Source: Nitrospinales bacterium (GTDB taxonomy: Bacteria; Nitrospinota; Nitrospinia; Nitrospinales; VA-1). From it: DNA of 64,000 bases. Both the position numbers and the translations under genes were made by a program. The notes under the pieces are model-generated. The model made no database searches, was not told the DNA's origin, and saw only the letters and a program-made list of their open reading frames with translations. The stretch spans positions 1,408,001-1,472,000 of the forward strand of contig CBDCWG010000012.1 in assembly GCA_965223345.1 (NCBI GenBank), given 5' to 3'. Shown here one piece after another: positions 27,423 through 38,117 of this stretch. The stretch's first letter is position 1. The number at the start of each line of letters is the position of its first letter.

Positions 27423-29180
27423 TCAGCTTTTGAATTTTGCCAGGTCTTTGGGAATTTCATCGAGGAAGCGGTCGCGGATGGTGAACAGCCCCGATTTTCC
27501 CTTTACACGCGCGTAGTTGCGTTTTTCATCGTCCTGAGTGGCGTTGCCGACGCTCACGCGTCCTAAAAGATTTTCATTTCCTTTCCAGATTGATACCGTG
27601 ACGCGGGGTTTGTCGAGGCCGGACTCGCTGTCGCTCACGCGCGGCTCGACGATCGATTGGTATTCCAGGTTGGTCAGCGTCCAGACGATGTCCTTGCCCA
27701 AAAAGTCGGGCACCGAATCGATTTTTTCCGGCTTGGCGAGCGCCCATCCCTTGCCCTTGGTCTCCAGTTCGAAGGTGCGGTCGGGGTAGGCGATGACGAT
27801 GCGGTCGATGTCCTCTTTTTTGAATTCGAGGAGTTTTTTGTAGCGCAGATCGTGCAGGGAGCGGAACAGTTTTTCCACCGTGTCCGCCGACACCGAGAAC
27901 ACCGTGCCGTCCTCGGAGCGGGTGGCGAAAAAGTTTTCCCGGTTGATCGAGGGATTCCCGACCTTCATCGTCCAGGTGTTGCCCGATTTTTCGTGAACGG
28001 TGAAGGTTTTGGATGGAAAATCCAGCCCGAACAGGGCGGGGCTTTTGTCCACGGTTTTGATGAATTCCTTGATGCGCGCTTCCTGCAAATCGATCAGCAC
28101 GGTTTTGACGGCGGTGGGATCGACGCGCAGGGTCTGGGGCTGCGTGATCTTCCAGTCTGCGCCGTTGCGGGCCAGGCGGATCGTTTCTTCGCCGTTTTTG
28201 ATCACCAGCGCGCTGACGTTTTCCTCTTTGAACTCGAGCAGCGAGCGGTCCATGAACTCGACGAACTGCTTGGACAGGATTTTGTGCATCTGATTGCCCA
28301 ACAGGACCACATTGGCGGCGCTTGCGACCTTGCCGTAATACCCGGAGGTGTCGCGTTTCTCGCCGGCCAGCAGCGTGAGCGGCCTGGAATGGCCTTTTCT
28401 GTGCAGTTCCAGTTCGATGGCCGGAGACCTGAGCCCATACTTGGAGAGCGATTTCGCATTCTCTTCCACGAATTCCTTGATCCGGGACGTCGCCAGCGTG
28501 TGCAGGTAGTTGTCGATCTCGATTTTGTCCCCACGGGCTTTTAATTTCATGTGGTGCACGGTCCAGTCCTTGCCGCTTCGGACCAACGTAAAATCGTTGG
28601 CTTCGTTTTTCAGGCGGATTTTTTCGACCTCTGCGGTGTCGAACTGCAAAAGCGATTTGTCCCTGAGCTCGAAGACCGTTTTGGCCAGTTCTTCCCTCGA
28701 TGCGCCGGACAGCAGCACGCGTTTTTCACCGCCGCGTTTGACGTACATTTTCTGGTTGAGCGGATTGACGTCGCCCACGTCCAGAGACAGCTCCTTGTTT
28801 TTTTTCAGTTTGAGCCGGATCTGCAATGACGGTTCGGAAAGCCCGTAGACCGACAGGTCCTCAGGCGCCTCTTCCACCACACGGGAAAAGCGGATGTCGT
28901 TCAAATGCTTCAGGTAGGCTTCGGCGGCCGCATCGTCCCCCTGCGCCTTGAGCGGTTGCACCAGATCCCAGGCGTCTTTGTCCTTGCGCTTGAGCTTCAG
29001 GGTCTGCGCGCTGGAGGTGAGCGCAAATTCGGTGACGTCCTCCGCCTCGAAAGGCAGGACTTTTTCCGAGCGTTCTGCTTCTTTTTTTCTTTTTTCTTCG
29101 GAGGGCAGTTCGATGCCGTAGTAGTAGGCGATGATCGCCACCAGGGCCACCATCAGCCACACCGTTCCCTTGAACTTCAT
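27423..29180 (-). CDS. DUF4340 repeat-containing membrane-anchored protein
   Basis: N-terminal TM; repeated W.l..P...D....l..L....YGL..P...L.vG units; follows a GldG-like gene. Confidence 0.85.
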   Translation of the reverse strand: MKFKGTVWLMVALVAIIAYYYGIELPSEEKRKKEAERSEKVLPFEAEDVTEFALTSSAQTLKLKRKDKDAWDLVQPLKAQGDDAAAEAYLKHLNDIRFSRVVEEAPEDLSVYGLSEPSLQIRLKLKKNKELSLDVGDVNPLNQKMYVKRGGEKRVLLSGASREELAKTVFELRDKSLLQFDTAEVEKIRLKNEANDFTLVRSGKDWTVHHMKLKARGDKIEIDNYLHTLATSRIKEFVEENAKSLSKYGLRSPAIELELHRKGHSRPLTLLAGEKRDTSGYYGKVASAANVVLLGNQMHKILSKQFVEFMDRSLLEFKEENVSALVIKNGEETIRLARNGADWKITQPQTLRVDPTAVKTVLIDLQEARIKEFIKTVDKSPALFGLDFPSKTFTVHEKSGNTWTMKVGNPSINRENFFATRSEDGTVFSVSADTVEKLFRSLHDLRYKKLLEFKKEDIDRIVIAYPDRTFELETKGKGWALAKPEKIDSVPDFLGKDIVWTLTNLEYQSIVEPRVSDSESGLDKPRVTVSIWKGNENLLGRVSVGNATQDDEKRNYARVKGKSGLFTIRDRFLDEIPKDLAKFKS

Positions 29181-30748
29181 AGACGCCGCCTCCTCCACCA
29201 GTTGCGGATGCCGGCGAACACCACCATGCCGGGGAAAACCACCATGCCGAGAAAAAACAGGGCGCTGCCGGTGGCGCGCGTCAGTTGCAGCGGGCTGTCC
29301 TTGCGTTCTTTGGGACGGATGGCGATCAGGTTTTCCTCCTCAGCCAGCCACGAGGCGGCGTTGAGGAAGAAATCGCCGTTGCCCGCGACGCGGAAAAACG
29401 AATTGTTGGCGAAATCCGAATCGCCGATCACCAGAAACCGGCTCTGCGGTCCGGACGGGGGCGGGCCCGCTTCGGCGTCATCCACGGGCGGGTGGCCGGC
29501 GGGGGGCTCGGGTTTTTCCTTATCGCCTTTGGAGGCGAGAACGGCGATGGGAACGGGGCCCATGCGGTCCACACCGGCGTCGAATTTGACCTTTTTCGAC
29601 TCGAAATCGGTTTCCGCCCAGCTGTTGGGGCCGCTTTGCATCAGTTCGGTGGTTTCGATGCCTTCCTGCTTGTTGGCGGTCACCGAGCGCAGCACCGGGT
29701 AGACAGTTTCCAGCTTGAAGTCCTTGGTGATGGCGTGCAGGGTGTACTGACTGACCACCGGGGTGGCGTAATCGCCGCCGAACAGTTTCGACAGCGGGTC
29801 GATGATGATGTCGTCCTGCAGCCCGATGCCCCATTTTTCCAGCAGCCCGCTCAGGCCGAAATCGGATTTGGGGTCCGCCAGCAGCAGCACCGCGCCGCCT
29901 TTGTCCAGGTAGTCGGCGATGTGTTTTTCCTCATCTTCCAGGATGGGCTTGTCCGGTCCGGAGATAATGAGGACGGAAGCGTCGTCGGGAATGGCGCCGC
30001 TCTGCAGCAGCAGCAGCGGTTTCACCTCGAACCCGTCTTTCATCAGGGCTTCCTTGGCGGCGGAGTAGCCCAGTTTTTCCGGATCGTCGATGTCGTTTTC
30101 CCCGTGCCCCTTGAGGAAATAGATGGTTTTCTTCTCGTCGCGGATCACCTTCAGAAATGCGTTGGTCAGGTTTTCCTCGGTCGGGCTCTGCACCTTGGTT
30201 TCCTGCTTGCCGCTCTCGAACGCCACGGTGTCGTAGGTGGTGATGCCGTATTGCTTGGTGATGGCCGGGTTGCGGTCGGGATCGACGAAGTTGAGCTTGA
30301 TCTTGTCGGAAAGGTTGAGGTAGCCGTCGATCAGGTTCTGAAACTGCGCCCTGGAAGGCGAGTCGCTGCGGAAAAACGCGGTGAGCGTCACTTCCCGGGG
30401 CAGGTTGCCGATGATCTTTTTCGTCTGCGGCGCCAGCGTGAACACGCCGGAAGACGTGAAGTCGAAGCGGTGCTTGTGCCGGTAGGACAGCAGGTTGACG
30501 AAGATGAGGATCCCCAGAACCACCGCGATCAGCACGAAAGCGTTCATGCCGTACAGGGCGGTGCGGGTTTTGAGGCTGCGCTTCAGGTTCTGCCAGTCGG
30601 TGAGCAGGAAAAACACGGCGTTCAACAGTCCCACCGCGCCGAGCGAGGCGATCAGCACGGTCTGTCCCGGCAGCACCACGTAGACGAACAGGGCCGCGAA
30701 ACCGAACAGGATCGCGAGCCAGCCGAAAATGGGAATCCACGATTTCAT
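29177..30748 (-). CDS. GldG-family ABC transporter auxiliary component
   Basis: RFDFTSSGVFTLAPQT, VDPDRNP, IYFLKGHGE, VIGDSDF.NN, N.DFFLNAASWL. Confidence 0.88.
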   Translation of the reverse strand: MKSWIPIFGWLAILFGFAALFVYVVLPGQTVLIASLGAVGLLNAVFFLLTDWQNLKRSLKTRTALYGMNAFVLIAVVLGILIFVNLLSYRHKHRFDFTSSGVFTLAPQTKKIIGNLPREVTLTAFFRSDSPSRAQFQNLIDGYLNLSDKIKLNFVDPDRNPAITKQYGITTYDTVAFESGKQETKVQSPTEENLTNAFLKVIRDEKKTIYFLKGHGENDIDDPEKLGYSAAKEALMKDGFEVKPLLLLQSGAIPDDASVLIISGPDKPILEDEEKHIADYLDKGGAVLLLADPKSDFGLSGLLEKWGIGLQDDIIIDPLSKLFGGDYATPVVSQYTLHAITKDFKLETVYPVLRSVTANKQEGIETTELMQSGPNSWAETDFESKKVKFDAGVDRMGPVPIAVLASKGDKEKPEPPAGHPPVDDAEAGPPPSGPQSRFLVIGDSDFANNSFFRVAGNGDFFLNAASWLAEEENLIAIRPKERKDSPLQLTRATGSALFFLGMVVFPGMVVFAGIRNWWRRRRL

Positions 30749-30753
30749 CTAGA

Positions 30754-31521
30754 CTATCTCCATCGTTGCGAATCCAGCACCCGGTGGGTCAGAAACAGGG
30801 TGAACAGCGTGAACGTGAAATAGTACACCAGATCGCTCGTGTCCATCATGCCCTTGAGAAAACGGTCGATGTGATCCACCAGCGAGAGGTATTGCAGCAC
30901 CTCGCCCATCCCCGGCCCGGAAGACTGGGCCGCCCAGCCGATGATCCACATGAACAGAGACAGTCCGAAAGCGATCACCCCGGCGATGATCTGGTTGTCG
31001 GTGAGCGAGGAGGCGAACACGCCCATCCCCACGAAACAGGCCGCCATCAGCAGGATGCCCAGGTAGCCGGTGACGATCGGGCCGATTTCCGGTTCGCCCA
31101 GGATCAGCAGAAACCAGACGCAGTAGGAGGACAACAGCACCATGAACGTCACCACCGCGAAGCAGGCGAGGAATTTGCCGAGCACGATCTCGCGCAGGTG
31201 CACCGGCGAGGAGAGCAGCAGGCTGAAGGTTTTGTTTTTTTTCTCTTCCGCGAAGCTGCGCATGGTGATGATGGGGATGATCAGCAGCAGGATGAACAGC
31301 ATGTTGTGAAACGCCGGCTCGATCACCACTTCGTTGAGGTTCAGCCCCACGTTCATGCCTTGGAAGCGGCTCGCCTGCGCGCTCTGCAGACTGAAAAAAT
31401 TGAGGATGTTGAAAAAAATCCAGCTGTTGATGAGCAGGAACACCGTCGTGACCACGTAAAACACCGGCGATCCGAAGTACGATCCTAAATCCCGCTTGGC
31501 GATGACCCACACGTTGCGCAT
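30754..31521 (-). CDS. ABC-2 type permease (GldF-like)
   Basis: IAKRDL.SYF.SP, PIITMRSFAEEKK..T..LL...P....IVLGKF, SSLTDNQIIA. Confidence 0.9.
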   Translation of the reverse strand: MRNVWVIAKRDLGSYFGSPVFYVVTTVFLLINSWIFFNILNFFSLQSAQASRFQGMNVGLNLNEVVIEPAFHNMLFILLLIIPIITMRSFAEEKKNKTFSLLLSSPVHLREIVLGKFLACFAVVTFMVLLSSYCVWFLLILGEPEIGPIVTGYLGILLMAACFVGMGVFASSLTDNQIIAGVIAFGLSLFMWIIGWAAQSSGPGMGEVLQYLSLVDHIDRFLKGMMDTSDLVYYFTFTLFTLFLTHRVLDSQRWR

Positions 31522-31533
31522 GGCTTGCTTTTC

Positions 31534-32478
31534 CTATTCCGTCTTGGCCTCGACCTCTTTTTCCTCGAGCGTCAGCTTGAGGAAAATGTCTTCGAGCGTC
31601 ATGGACAAAGGTTTCAGTTCATCGATTCCCCAGCCGTTGTCCAGGGCGAGGCGGGCGACCGCGTCCTGCAGATGGGAATCGGTTTCGCATTCGAGCACGA
31701 ATTGATGCGCGTTCTCCGACTGCACCGCCCGCACCTTCGGCAGGCCCTGCAGGGTTTCCTTGATCCCGGTCGAACCGTTGCGCACTTTCAGCATCAGCCG
31801 CTCGCCCTTGTTCAGGGAGGCGGTCAGCCCATCCAGGGAATCCACCGCGGCGATCTCTCCTTCGTTGATGATGATCACGCGTTTGCAGATCTGCGTGATC
31901 TCCGGAAGGATGTGGGAGCTCAGGATGATGGTGTGCGCGGCGGCGAGTTCCTGGATCAGTTTGCGGATCTCGATGATCTGGATCGGGTCCAGCCCGATGG
32001 TGGGTTCGTCCAGGATCAGGATGTCCGGATCGTGGATCATCGATTGCGCCAGGCCGACGCGCTGCTGGAATCCCTTGGACAATCTGCCGATCAGCCGGTC
32101 GTGCACGTCCTTGAGCACGCATTTTTCCAGCACCCGCTCGAGGCTTTGCCTGATTTTGGCCCGCGGGACCTGGCGCAGCCCCGCCGCGAACTCCAGGTAT
32201 TTGGTGACCGTCATGTCGGCGTAAAGCGGCGGGTTTTCAGGCAGGTAGCCGATGAGCTTGCGGATTTCCATCGATTGCTCGAACACATCGTGGCCGCAGA
32301 TTTTGACCGAGCCCTCGGAAGCGGGGAGGATGCAGGAAAGGATGTTCATGGTGGTGGATTTGCCGGCGCCGTTGGGGCCCAGAAATCCCACCACTTCCCC
32401 TTTGTCGATGCTGAACGTGAGGCCCTTGATGGCCGGCCTGGGGCCATAAAATTTCGTCAGATTCGAAACTTCAATCAT
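31534..32478 (-). CDS. ABC transporter ATP-binding protein (GldA-like)
   Basis: GPNGAGKST, LSKGFQQRVG, ILDEPT.GLDP, SSHIL. Confidence 0.93.
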   Translation of the reverse strand: MIEVSNLTKFYGPRPAIKGLTFSIDKGEVVGFLGPNGAGKSTTMNILSCILPASEGSVKICGHDVFEQSMEIRKLIGYLPENPPLYADMTVTKYLEFAAGLRQVPRAKIRQSLERVLEKCVLKDVHDRLIGRLSKGFQQRVGLAQSMIHDPDILILDEPTIGLDPIQIIEIRKLIQELAAAHTIILSSHILPEITQICKRVIIINEGEIAAVDSLDGLTASLNKGERLMLKVRNGSTGIKETLQGLPKVRAVQSENAHQFVLECETDSHLQDAVARLALDNGWGIDELKPLSMTLEDIFLKLTLEEKEVEAKTE

Positions 32479-32662
32479 GCAGCGACTCCGGCAACGCAAT
32501 GAGTAGGGATTCAGAATTCAAAGCCAATGAAATCAATCTCAGGAAGAACCCGCACATGCAGAATTGAAGAGGAAGTTTCGTCCAAAAAAATAGCATACAG
32601 GATTCTTTTCTTTCAATTAAAAAATTTTAATTGCCGGCGGGCGCAAAAGGGCCGTAACTGCT

Positions 32663-33313
32663 TTAAACATGGAACATTCCCCAGATCCAGAGCGCGTAGA
32701 AAGCGACGAAGCCGCCGGTCAGCGTCCAGGCGGGCCGCGGCTTGACCGTCCCGGTTTTGCTGACGGCGAGGACGATGAAAAACACGGCGCAGAGCACCCA
32801 GCCGAAAAATCCCACTTCCGTCAAAACCGCCCAGCCGGGTCGCGGCGATTTCTCCGCCTCCAGCAGCTTGAGATAGTTTTCCTTTCTCTGTTCGAAGGAA
32901 AGTCCCTTTTCGGATTCGGAGGTGGGTGGCCCCTGCGCCATCAGCGCCGCGATTTTTTCGTTGCACCTGGCAATCCATTCTTTTCCGGGGGTGAACACGC
33001 TGCGCGTCGAATAGAACGCGCCCCGCAGCAGCCGGTAGCTGTCCAGCGCCTTCTGCAGCTCGCCCGTTGTTTCGAAGGTCTGCGCGGTGTCCCACAGCCC
33101 CTGCGCCGCCTTGTCCGTGACATCCAGGCCGGGCAGGTACCAGTGGATGGCGCGCTCGAAGTGCGGGATGGCGTCGGTGAGGCGTTTTTCCTGCACGAGC
33201 TTTTGCGCCAGTTTGAGTTCGCCGTGGGCGCTCGCGTAAATCTTGACGACCGTGGTGATGAAGAGAATGCCGACGATGATTGCGATGAGTACGATGGTGT
33301 TTTTTGTGTTCAT
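32663..33313 (-). CDS. Hypothetical membrane protein
   Basis: N-terminal TM, TPR-like helices, two C-terminal TMs; overlaps the upstream gene stop. Confidence 0.75.
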   Translation of the reverse strand: MNTKNTIVLIAIIVGILFITTVVKIYASAHGELKLAQKLVQEKRLTDAIPHFERAIHWYLPGLDVTDKAAQGLWDTAQTFETTGELQKALDSYRLLRGAFYSTRSVFTPGKEWIARCNEKIAALMAQGPPTSESEKGLSFEQRKENYLKLLEAEKSPRPGWAVLTEVGFFGWVLCAVFFIVLAVSKTGTVKPRPAWTLTGGFVAFYALWIWGMFHV

Positions 33314-34347
33314 GTCAGTTTGATCCGTTGCCCTTTGTTCTGGGCGGAACGATAGATGGACAGGATGACTTTCAGCGCCTTGAGGGCGTCTTTGCCCGAG
33401 GATGCGGGCTTCTTTCCTCTACGGATGCCGGCGACCATGTCCTGCGCCCCGCCGACGAACGGGCTGATATTTTTTTTTGGTTCGGGAAACGGCACTTGTT
33501 TCAGTTCGGTGAAGCCGGTGAAGCGTTTGCTCTTTTTTGCCAGGTGGAGTTCCCGGCCGTCGTTGCCGATCAGCAGGCGGCCCTCGGAACCCTGGATATC
33601 GAGTTCGAAATTGAAATAGCTGCGGGCGCCGCCGCCTTCGATGAAGCCGAGCGCCCCGCTTTTGAAGCGCAGCAGGCCGCAGGCGGTCTCCTCGATGTGG
33701 TTTTTGCCGTGCGGCCGGATCTCATGGCCGGACACCCAGTCGATGGGCCCGCCGAAATAAAGCAGCAGGTCGGTCAGATGGGTGCCGTCGTGAAACAGCG
33801 GGCCGCCGCCGTGCACCGCACGCGCCAGTTTGCCCGGCCTGCCGCTCAACGCGTTGCCGACGATGGTGCGAACCTCGCCGATTTTTCCGCTCTCGATCAG
33901 GGCGCGCGCCTTCCGGTACCAGGGGTCCCAGCGCCGCTCGTGGTTGACGATCAGGGTCACCCGGTTCTTCTCGCATTCCCGCACCATCCGGTTCGCGTCC
34001 TTGAGATCGGTGGCGATGGGTTTTTCGCAATAGATGCCGCGTACGCCCGAACGGGCGGCATCGAGCGTCAGGGGCGCGTGCAGATGGGTCCAGGCGGCGA
34101 TGCAGACGATGTCCAGCTTTTCCTGTTTGAGCATCGAGCGGTGATCGGTGTACAGGTTGGACACGTTGAAGCGCTTCTGAAACCGTTTGAGCCGGGAAGC
34201 GTCGATGTCGCAGGCGGCGGTGATCTGCACCGAGGGAAGCGCCGAAAAACCCCCCGCATGCGTGCAGGGCTTGCCGCGCAGCGGGTCTTCTTCCAGCAGT
34301 GCGCCGATTCTGCCGCAGCCGATCAGCCCCAGTTTCAGTTTTTTCAT
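33310..34347 (-). CDS. Gfo/Idh/MocA family oxidoreductase
   Basis: GLIGCGRIG, YCEKPIA, VNHERRW, HDGTHLTD. Confidence 0.9.
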   Translation of the reverse strand: MKKLKLGLIGCGRIGALLEEDPLRGKPCTHAGGFSALPSVQITAACDIDASRLKRFQKRFNVSNLYTDHRSMLKQEKLDIVCIAAWTHLHAPLTLDAARSGVRGIYCEKPIATDLKDANRMVRECEKNRVTLIVNHERRWDPWYRKARALIESGKIGEVRTIVGNALSGRPGKLARAVHGGGPLFHDGTHLTDLLLYFGGPIDWVSGHEIRPHGKNHIEETACGLLRFKSGALGFIEGGGARSYFNFELDIQGSEGRLLIGNDGRELHLAKKSKRFTGFTELKQVPFPEPKKNISPFVGGAQDMVAGIRRGKKPASSGKDALKALKVILSIYRSAQNKGQRIKLT

Positions 34348-34563
34348 GCGATCAACCTTCAGTCATTTTATGAGCGGGTGTCAAGCCAGGCTTGGCCAAA
34401 AGACCTTCAATTCATTTTGCGAGCGTGTGCGTCTGTTTGTACCGGACTGAAAGTGAGGCGCGTGGTTGAGGAAAAAAAGATCGGGGCCCGATCGTCTCGG
34501 GCTCAGAGGTAAGCAACAGTATAGCACTTCCCCAATGAAGCGTTTTCTTTTTTTAAGGGAAGA

Positions 34564-34610
34564 AAAAAAATCAAAGCCACACCCGCTGGCGGGGGCGGGC
34601 GTGGCTTTGA
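34564..34610 (-). terminator. Terminator after the last flagellin
   Basis: TCAAAGCCAC...GTGGCTTTGA inverted repeat followed by a T tract on the minus strand. Confidence 0.75.
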
Positions 34611-34641
34611 CAAAGGCAGGTGTGCGGCAAAGCGGGGTGCA

Positions 34642-35490
34642 TTAAAGGAGGGTCAACACCGCTTGCGGTGTGAGATTCGACTGGCTCACCATGGCGGAAC
34701 CCGCCTGCACCAGGATCTGGTTTTTCGTCAGCTCGGCAAGTTCCACAGCCAGGTCGGCGTCCTTGATGTTGGTCAGGGCGCTGGTCAGCCCTTCGACCGA
34801 AACGTTCAGGTTGTTCAACGCGCGTTCCACCCGGTTCTGCGTCGCCCCGACCCGCCCGCGGATGGCGGTGAGCGCGTCGATGGCGTCGGTCAGGGCTCCC
34901 AGCGCCTGGAAGGCGTCCTGCTGGGTGACGATGGATTCATCGTCGATGCCCAGCGATTCGGCGGTGACTTCCGTCAGATCGACCGCCTGATTGATGTTGA
35001 TGCGGTTTTCGGCGGAAGAATCGACACCCAGCTGGATGACGATGTTCTGCGTCGCGCCGGCGGCGAGGGAACCGTCCACCAGTTTCTGGCCGTTGAACTC
35101 GGTGGTGTTGGCGATGCGGTCCAGCTCTTCTCGCAATGCGTCGAACTCGAGCTGGATGGTTTCCCGTTCGGTGCGGCCGATGGTGCCGGTGGCGGCCTGG
35201 GAGGCCAGCTCCCGCAGGCGGATGAGGATTCCGGCCTGTTCGTTCAAAGCGCCTTCGGCGGTGTTGATGAGCGCCCTGCCGTCGTTGAGGTTTTTGGCGC
35301 CCTGTTTGAGTGCCCGGACATCGGAGGTGAGGGATTCCGAAATCGCCAGTCCCGCCGCGTCGTCGGAGCTTTTGGTGATGCGGACGCCGGAGGCGATGCG
35401 TGAAATCGAACGGCCCAGTTGCGACCGGTTGGACTCCAGCGCCCGTTGCGCGTTCAATGAAGAGATGTTGTTGAATATTTTTAGAGACAT
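34642..35490 (-). CDS. fliC: Flagellin (divergent paralogue)
   Basis: IFNNISSLNAQR, RIASG.RI....DDAAGLAISE, N.TEFNG.KL.DG, RGRVGA.QNR, I.DAD.A.E. Confidence 0.93.
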   Translation of the reverse strand: MSLKIFNNISSLNAQRALESNRSQLGRSISRIASGVRITKSSDDAAGLAISESLTSDVRALKQGAKNLNDGRALINTAEGALNEQAGILIRLRELASQAATGTIGRTERETIQLEFDALREELDRIANTTEFNGQKLVDGSLAAGATQNIVIQLGVDSSAENRININQAVDLTEVTAESLGIDDESIVTQQDAFQALGALTDAIDALTAIRGRVGATQNRVERALNNLNVSVEGLTSALTNIKDADLAVELAELTKNQILVQAGSAMVSQSNLTPQAVLTLL

Positions 35491-35584
35491 TCTTTTCCTC
35501 CCTGAAAAGAGTTCGGGCCGGCTTCAGTTGTGGCCCGTTTTTGTCTTTATGTGTCGTGTTGGGTCAACGTCCCCGCTCCGTCTT

Positions 35585-36442
35585 TTACTGAAGGAGCTGC
35601 AGCACGGCCTGCGGGATCAGGTTGGCCTGCCCGACCATGGCCGTCGCCGCCTGGACCAGAATCTGGTTTCGCGTCAGCAGCGCGACTTCCTCGGCGATGT
35701 CCGCATCGCGGATGGCCGATTCGGCAGCCGACAGGTTTTCCACCGAAATCGACAGGTTGGCGATGGTGCGTACCAACCGGTTCTGCACGGCGCCCACTTT
35801 TCCGCGTCCCTGGGTGACGATGGAAATCGAGTTGTTGAGCAAGTCCAGGGCGGTCAATGCGGCGCCGGCCGTGGTCACGCTCAACACGTCGATCCCCAGG
35901 CTGGATGAAGTGATCGCCTGCAGGTTGACTTCGCTGTTGAGGTTGATGCGGCTGTCGGAGGAAGCGTCGATGCCCACCTGGATCAGGATCTGGTTGGTGA
36001 AGGCGACCGAGGAAGCCAGCGAACCGTCCACCAGTTTCTGGCCGTTGAATTCAGTGGTGGCGGCGATGCGGTCGATCTCGGCTCTGAGCGCGTCAAACTC
36101 CAGCTGGATGGTTTGCCGCTCGGTGGAGCCGACGGTTCCGGTGGCGGCCTGGGAGGACAGCTCCCTGAGCCGGATGAGGATTCCGGACTGCTCGTTGAGC
36201 GCGCCTTCGGTGACGTTGATGAGGGAGATTCCGTCGTTGGCGTTGCGGATGGCTTGACGCAGGGCGCGGATATCCGAACGCAACGCTTCGGAAATGGCCA
36301 GCCCCGCCGCGTCGTCGGCGCCGCGGTTGATGCGGATGCCGGAGGCGATCCGCTCAACCGAGATGGCGAGCCGGTCGTTGTTGATGCCCAATATTCTCTG
36401 GGCATTGAGCGAGGGGATATTGTTGAAAATTCTTATCGGCAT
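35585..36442 (-). CDS. fliC: Flagellin
   Basis: Conserved flagellin N- and C-terminal helical domains. Confidence 0.96.
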   Translation of the reverse strand: MPIRIFNNIPSLNAQRILGINNDRLAISVERIASGIRINRGADDAAGLAISEALRSDIRALRQAIRNANDGISLINVTEGALNEQSGILIRLRELSSQAATGTVGSTERQTIQLEFDALRAEIDRIAATTEFNGQKLVDGSLASSVAFTNQILIQVGIDASSDSRINLNSEVNLQAITSSSLGIDVLSVTTAGAALTALDLLNNSISIVTQGRGKVGAVQNRLVRTIANLSISVENLSAAESAIRDADIAEEVALLTRNQILVQAATAMVGQANLIPQAVLQLLQ

Positions 36443-36488
36443 GTGCCTTATCCTCCTTGATAATAGGAAAAAATCACTTCCCTAGCTC

Positions 36489-36502
36489 CAGCGTCCTTGC
36501 TG
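36489..36502 (-). promoter_or_regulatory. CsrA-type binding hairpin in the flagellin leader
   Basis: mRNA CAGC-AAGGAC-GCUG; a second GGA lies in the RBS (CAAGGAGGAU). Confidence 0.65.
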
Positions 36503-36623
36503 AAGCCTGCCAGGTAAGATTTGATGAAGAGTGGGGTGTTTTTTCGGGGCGTTCTCCTTAAGTTCAAAGGTTCGTTACCGTGTTCTCCCCGAACCATCGG
36601 GGAGAACGGTGCAACTTTTGGTT

Positions 36624-36651
36624 GTATCGGGATTTTAAAAAATTACCTTTA
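36624..36651 (-). promoter_or_regulatory. Sigma28 (FliA)-like promoter
   Basis: TAAA-N16-CCCGATAC; a weaker CAAA-N15-CCCGATGG lies just downstream. Confidence 0.55.
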
Positions 36652-36740
36652 AGGGTTTTTTCCCGGCCGGGATTTCGCAGGCAGTGTGGGCTTGGGATGG
36701 AAAGGGGGAGGGCGATGCGGGATGGATCGTGTGCGTGTGC

Positions 36741-36778
36741 AAAAAGAAAAAGCGCCTTCCGGGGGGAAGGCGCTTTTC
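36741..36778 (-). terminator. Terminator after flaG
   Basis: AAAAGCGCCTTCC-gggg-GGAAGGCGCTTTT with a T tract on the minus strand. Confidence 0.75.
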
Positions 36779-36832
36779 CTGTTGAGTCCGTGGAGTGGGG
36801 GCAATCAGGGGTTCCGAAGGAACCCCTGCGCC

Positions 36833-37162
36833 TTATGCGAACTCGTTGAGAATATTCCCTGGGGAGGGGGCGGGACGATTTTTCACGGGGGAAAAATCGT
36901 CCCTAGGGATCTGCCTCACGATCTCCCCGGTCTGCGAGTTGATGACCTGGACGATCAATTCATGCGAATCGGGATCGACCTGGAAATCCACTTTCCGGTT
37001 CATCGTTTGTGTCAGATGGCCTTTTTCCTCCACCAGGATGGGTGCTGGATGTGGCTTTCCGGAATCACCCGAAGCGGGTTGATCTCCGTTTTTTTTCGTG
37101 CCGTAGGACTTCCTCAACAGAGATCCCCGGTCCGCCGCATTCAAAGAAACATTCAAAGACAT
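36833..37162 (-). CDS. flaG: Flagellar protein FlaG
   Basis: F.VD.DS.ELIVQVINSQTGEIVRQIP; lies directly downstream of a flagellin. Confidence 0.88.
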   Translation of the reverse strand: MSLNVSLNAADRGSLLRKSYGTKKNGDQPASGDSGKPHPAPILVEEKGHLTQTMNRKVDFQVDPDSHELIVQVINSQTGEIVRQIPRDDFSPVKNRPAPSPGNILNEFA

Positions 37163-37217
37163 GCGGATCACCTCCAGACATGGTTTCTAGATATTAAGTT
37201 AAGTTGTGGGTGAACTG

Positions 37218-38075
37218 TTAACCTAATAGCTGAAGTACAGACTGCGGCAGCAGGTTGGCCTGACCGACCATGGATGTCGCCGATTGCACGAGAATCTGGT
37301 TCCGTGTCAATGTTGCGACTTCCTCGGCGATGTCGGCGTCCCGGATGGCGGATTCCGCAGCCTGCAGGTTTTCCACCGTGATGGACAGGTTGCCGATCGT
37401 GCGCACCAGCCGGTTCTGCACCGCACCCACCGCACCCCGGCCGGCCGTGACGATGGCGATGGCGGAGTTGATGGTGTCGAGCGCGGTCAACGCGTTGCCT
37501 GCCGTGGTGACACTCAGACCCTCGATTCCCAGACTGGTGGAGGTGATGGCCTGCAGGTTCACTTCGGTGTTCAGGTTGATGCGGCTGTCGGCGCTGCTGT
37601 CGATGCCCACCTGAATCAGGATTTGATTTGAAGCGGCGACTGAAGAGGAGAGGGAACCGTCAACCAGCTTCTGGCCGTTGAATTCCGTGGTGGCCGCGAT
37701 GCGGTCGATCTCGTTTCGGAGCGCGGTGAACTCGAGCTGAATGGTGGCGCGCTCGGTGGAACCGACGGTGCCGGTGGCGGCCTGAGAGGACAGCTCCCGC
37801 AGCCGGATGAGGATGCCGGACTGCTCGTTGAGCGCACCCTCGGTGACGTTGATGAGCGAGATTCCGTCGTTTGAGTTCCGGACGGCTTGCCGCAGGGCGC
37901 GGATATCGGAACGGAGTGCTTCAGAGATGGCGAGACCGGCGGCGTCGTCGGCGCCGCGGTTGATGCGGATACCCGATGCGATGCGCTCTACCGATTGCGC
38001 GAGACGGTCGTTGTTGATACCCAGAATCCTCTGGGCATTGAGCGAAGGAATATTGTTGAAGATTCGAACTGGCAT
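37218..38075 (-). CDS. fliC: Flagellin
   Basis: Conserved flagellin domains; near-identical to 38688-39545. Confidence 0.96.
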   Translation of the reverse strand: MPVRIFNNIPSLNAQRILGINNDRLAQSVERIASGIRINRGADDAAGLAISEALRSDIRALRQAVRNSNDGISLINVTEGALNEQSGILIRLRELSSQAATGTVGSTERATIQLEFTALRNEIDRIAATTEFNGQKLVDGSLSSSVAASNQILIQVGIDSSADSRINLNTEVNLQAITSTSLGIEGLSVTTAGNALTALDTINSAIAIVTAGRGAVGAVQNRLVRTIGNLSITVENLQAAESAIRDADIAEEVATLTRNQILVQSATSMVGQANLLPQSVLQLLG

Positions 38076-38117
38076 TGCCTCATCCTCCTTGATGTATGAT
38101 TTTTAGTCAGGGTTATT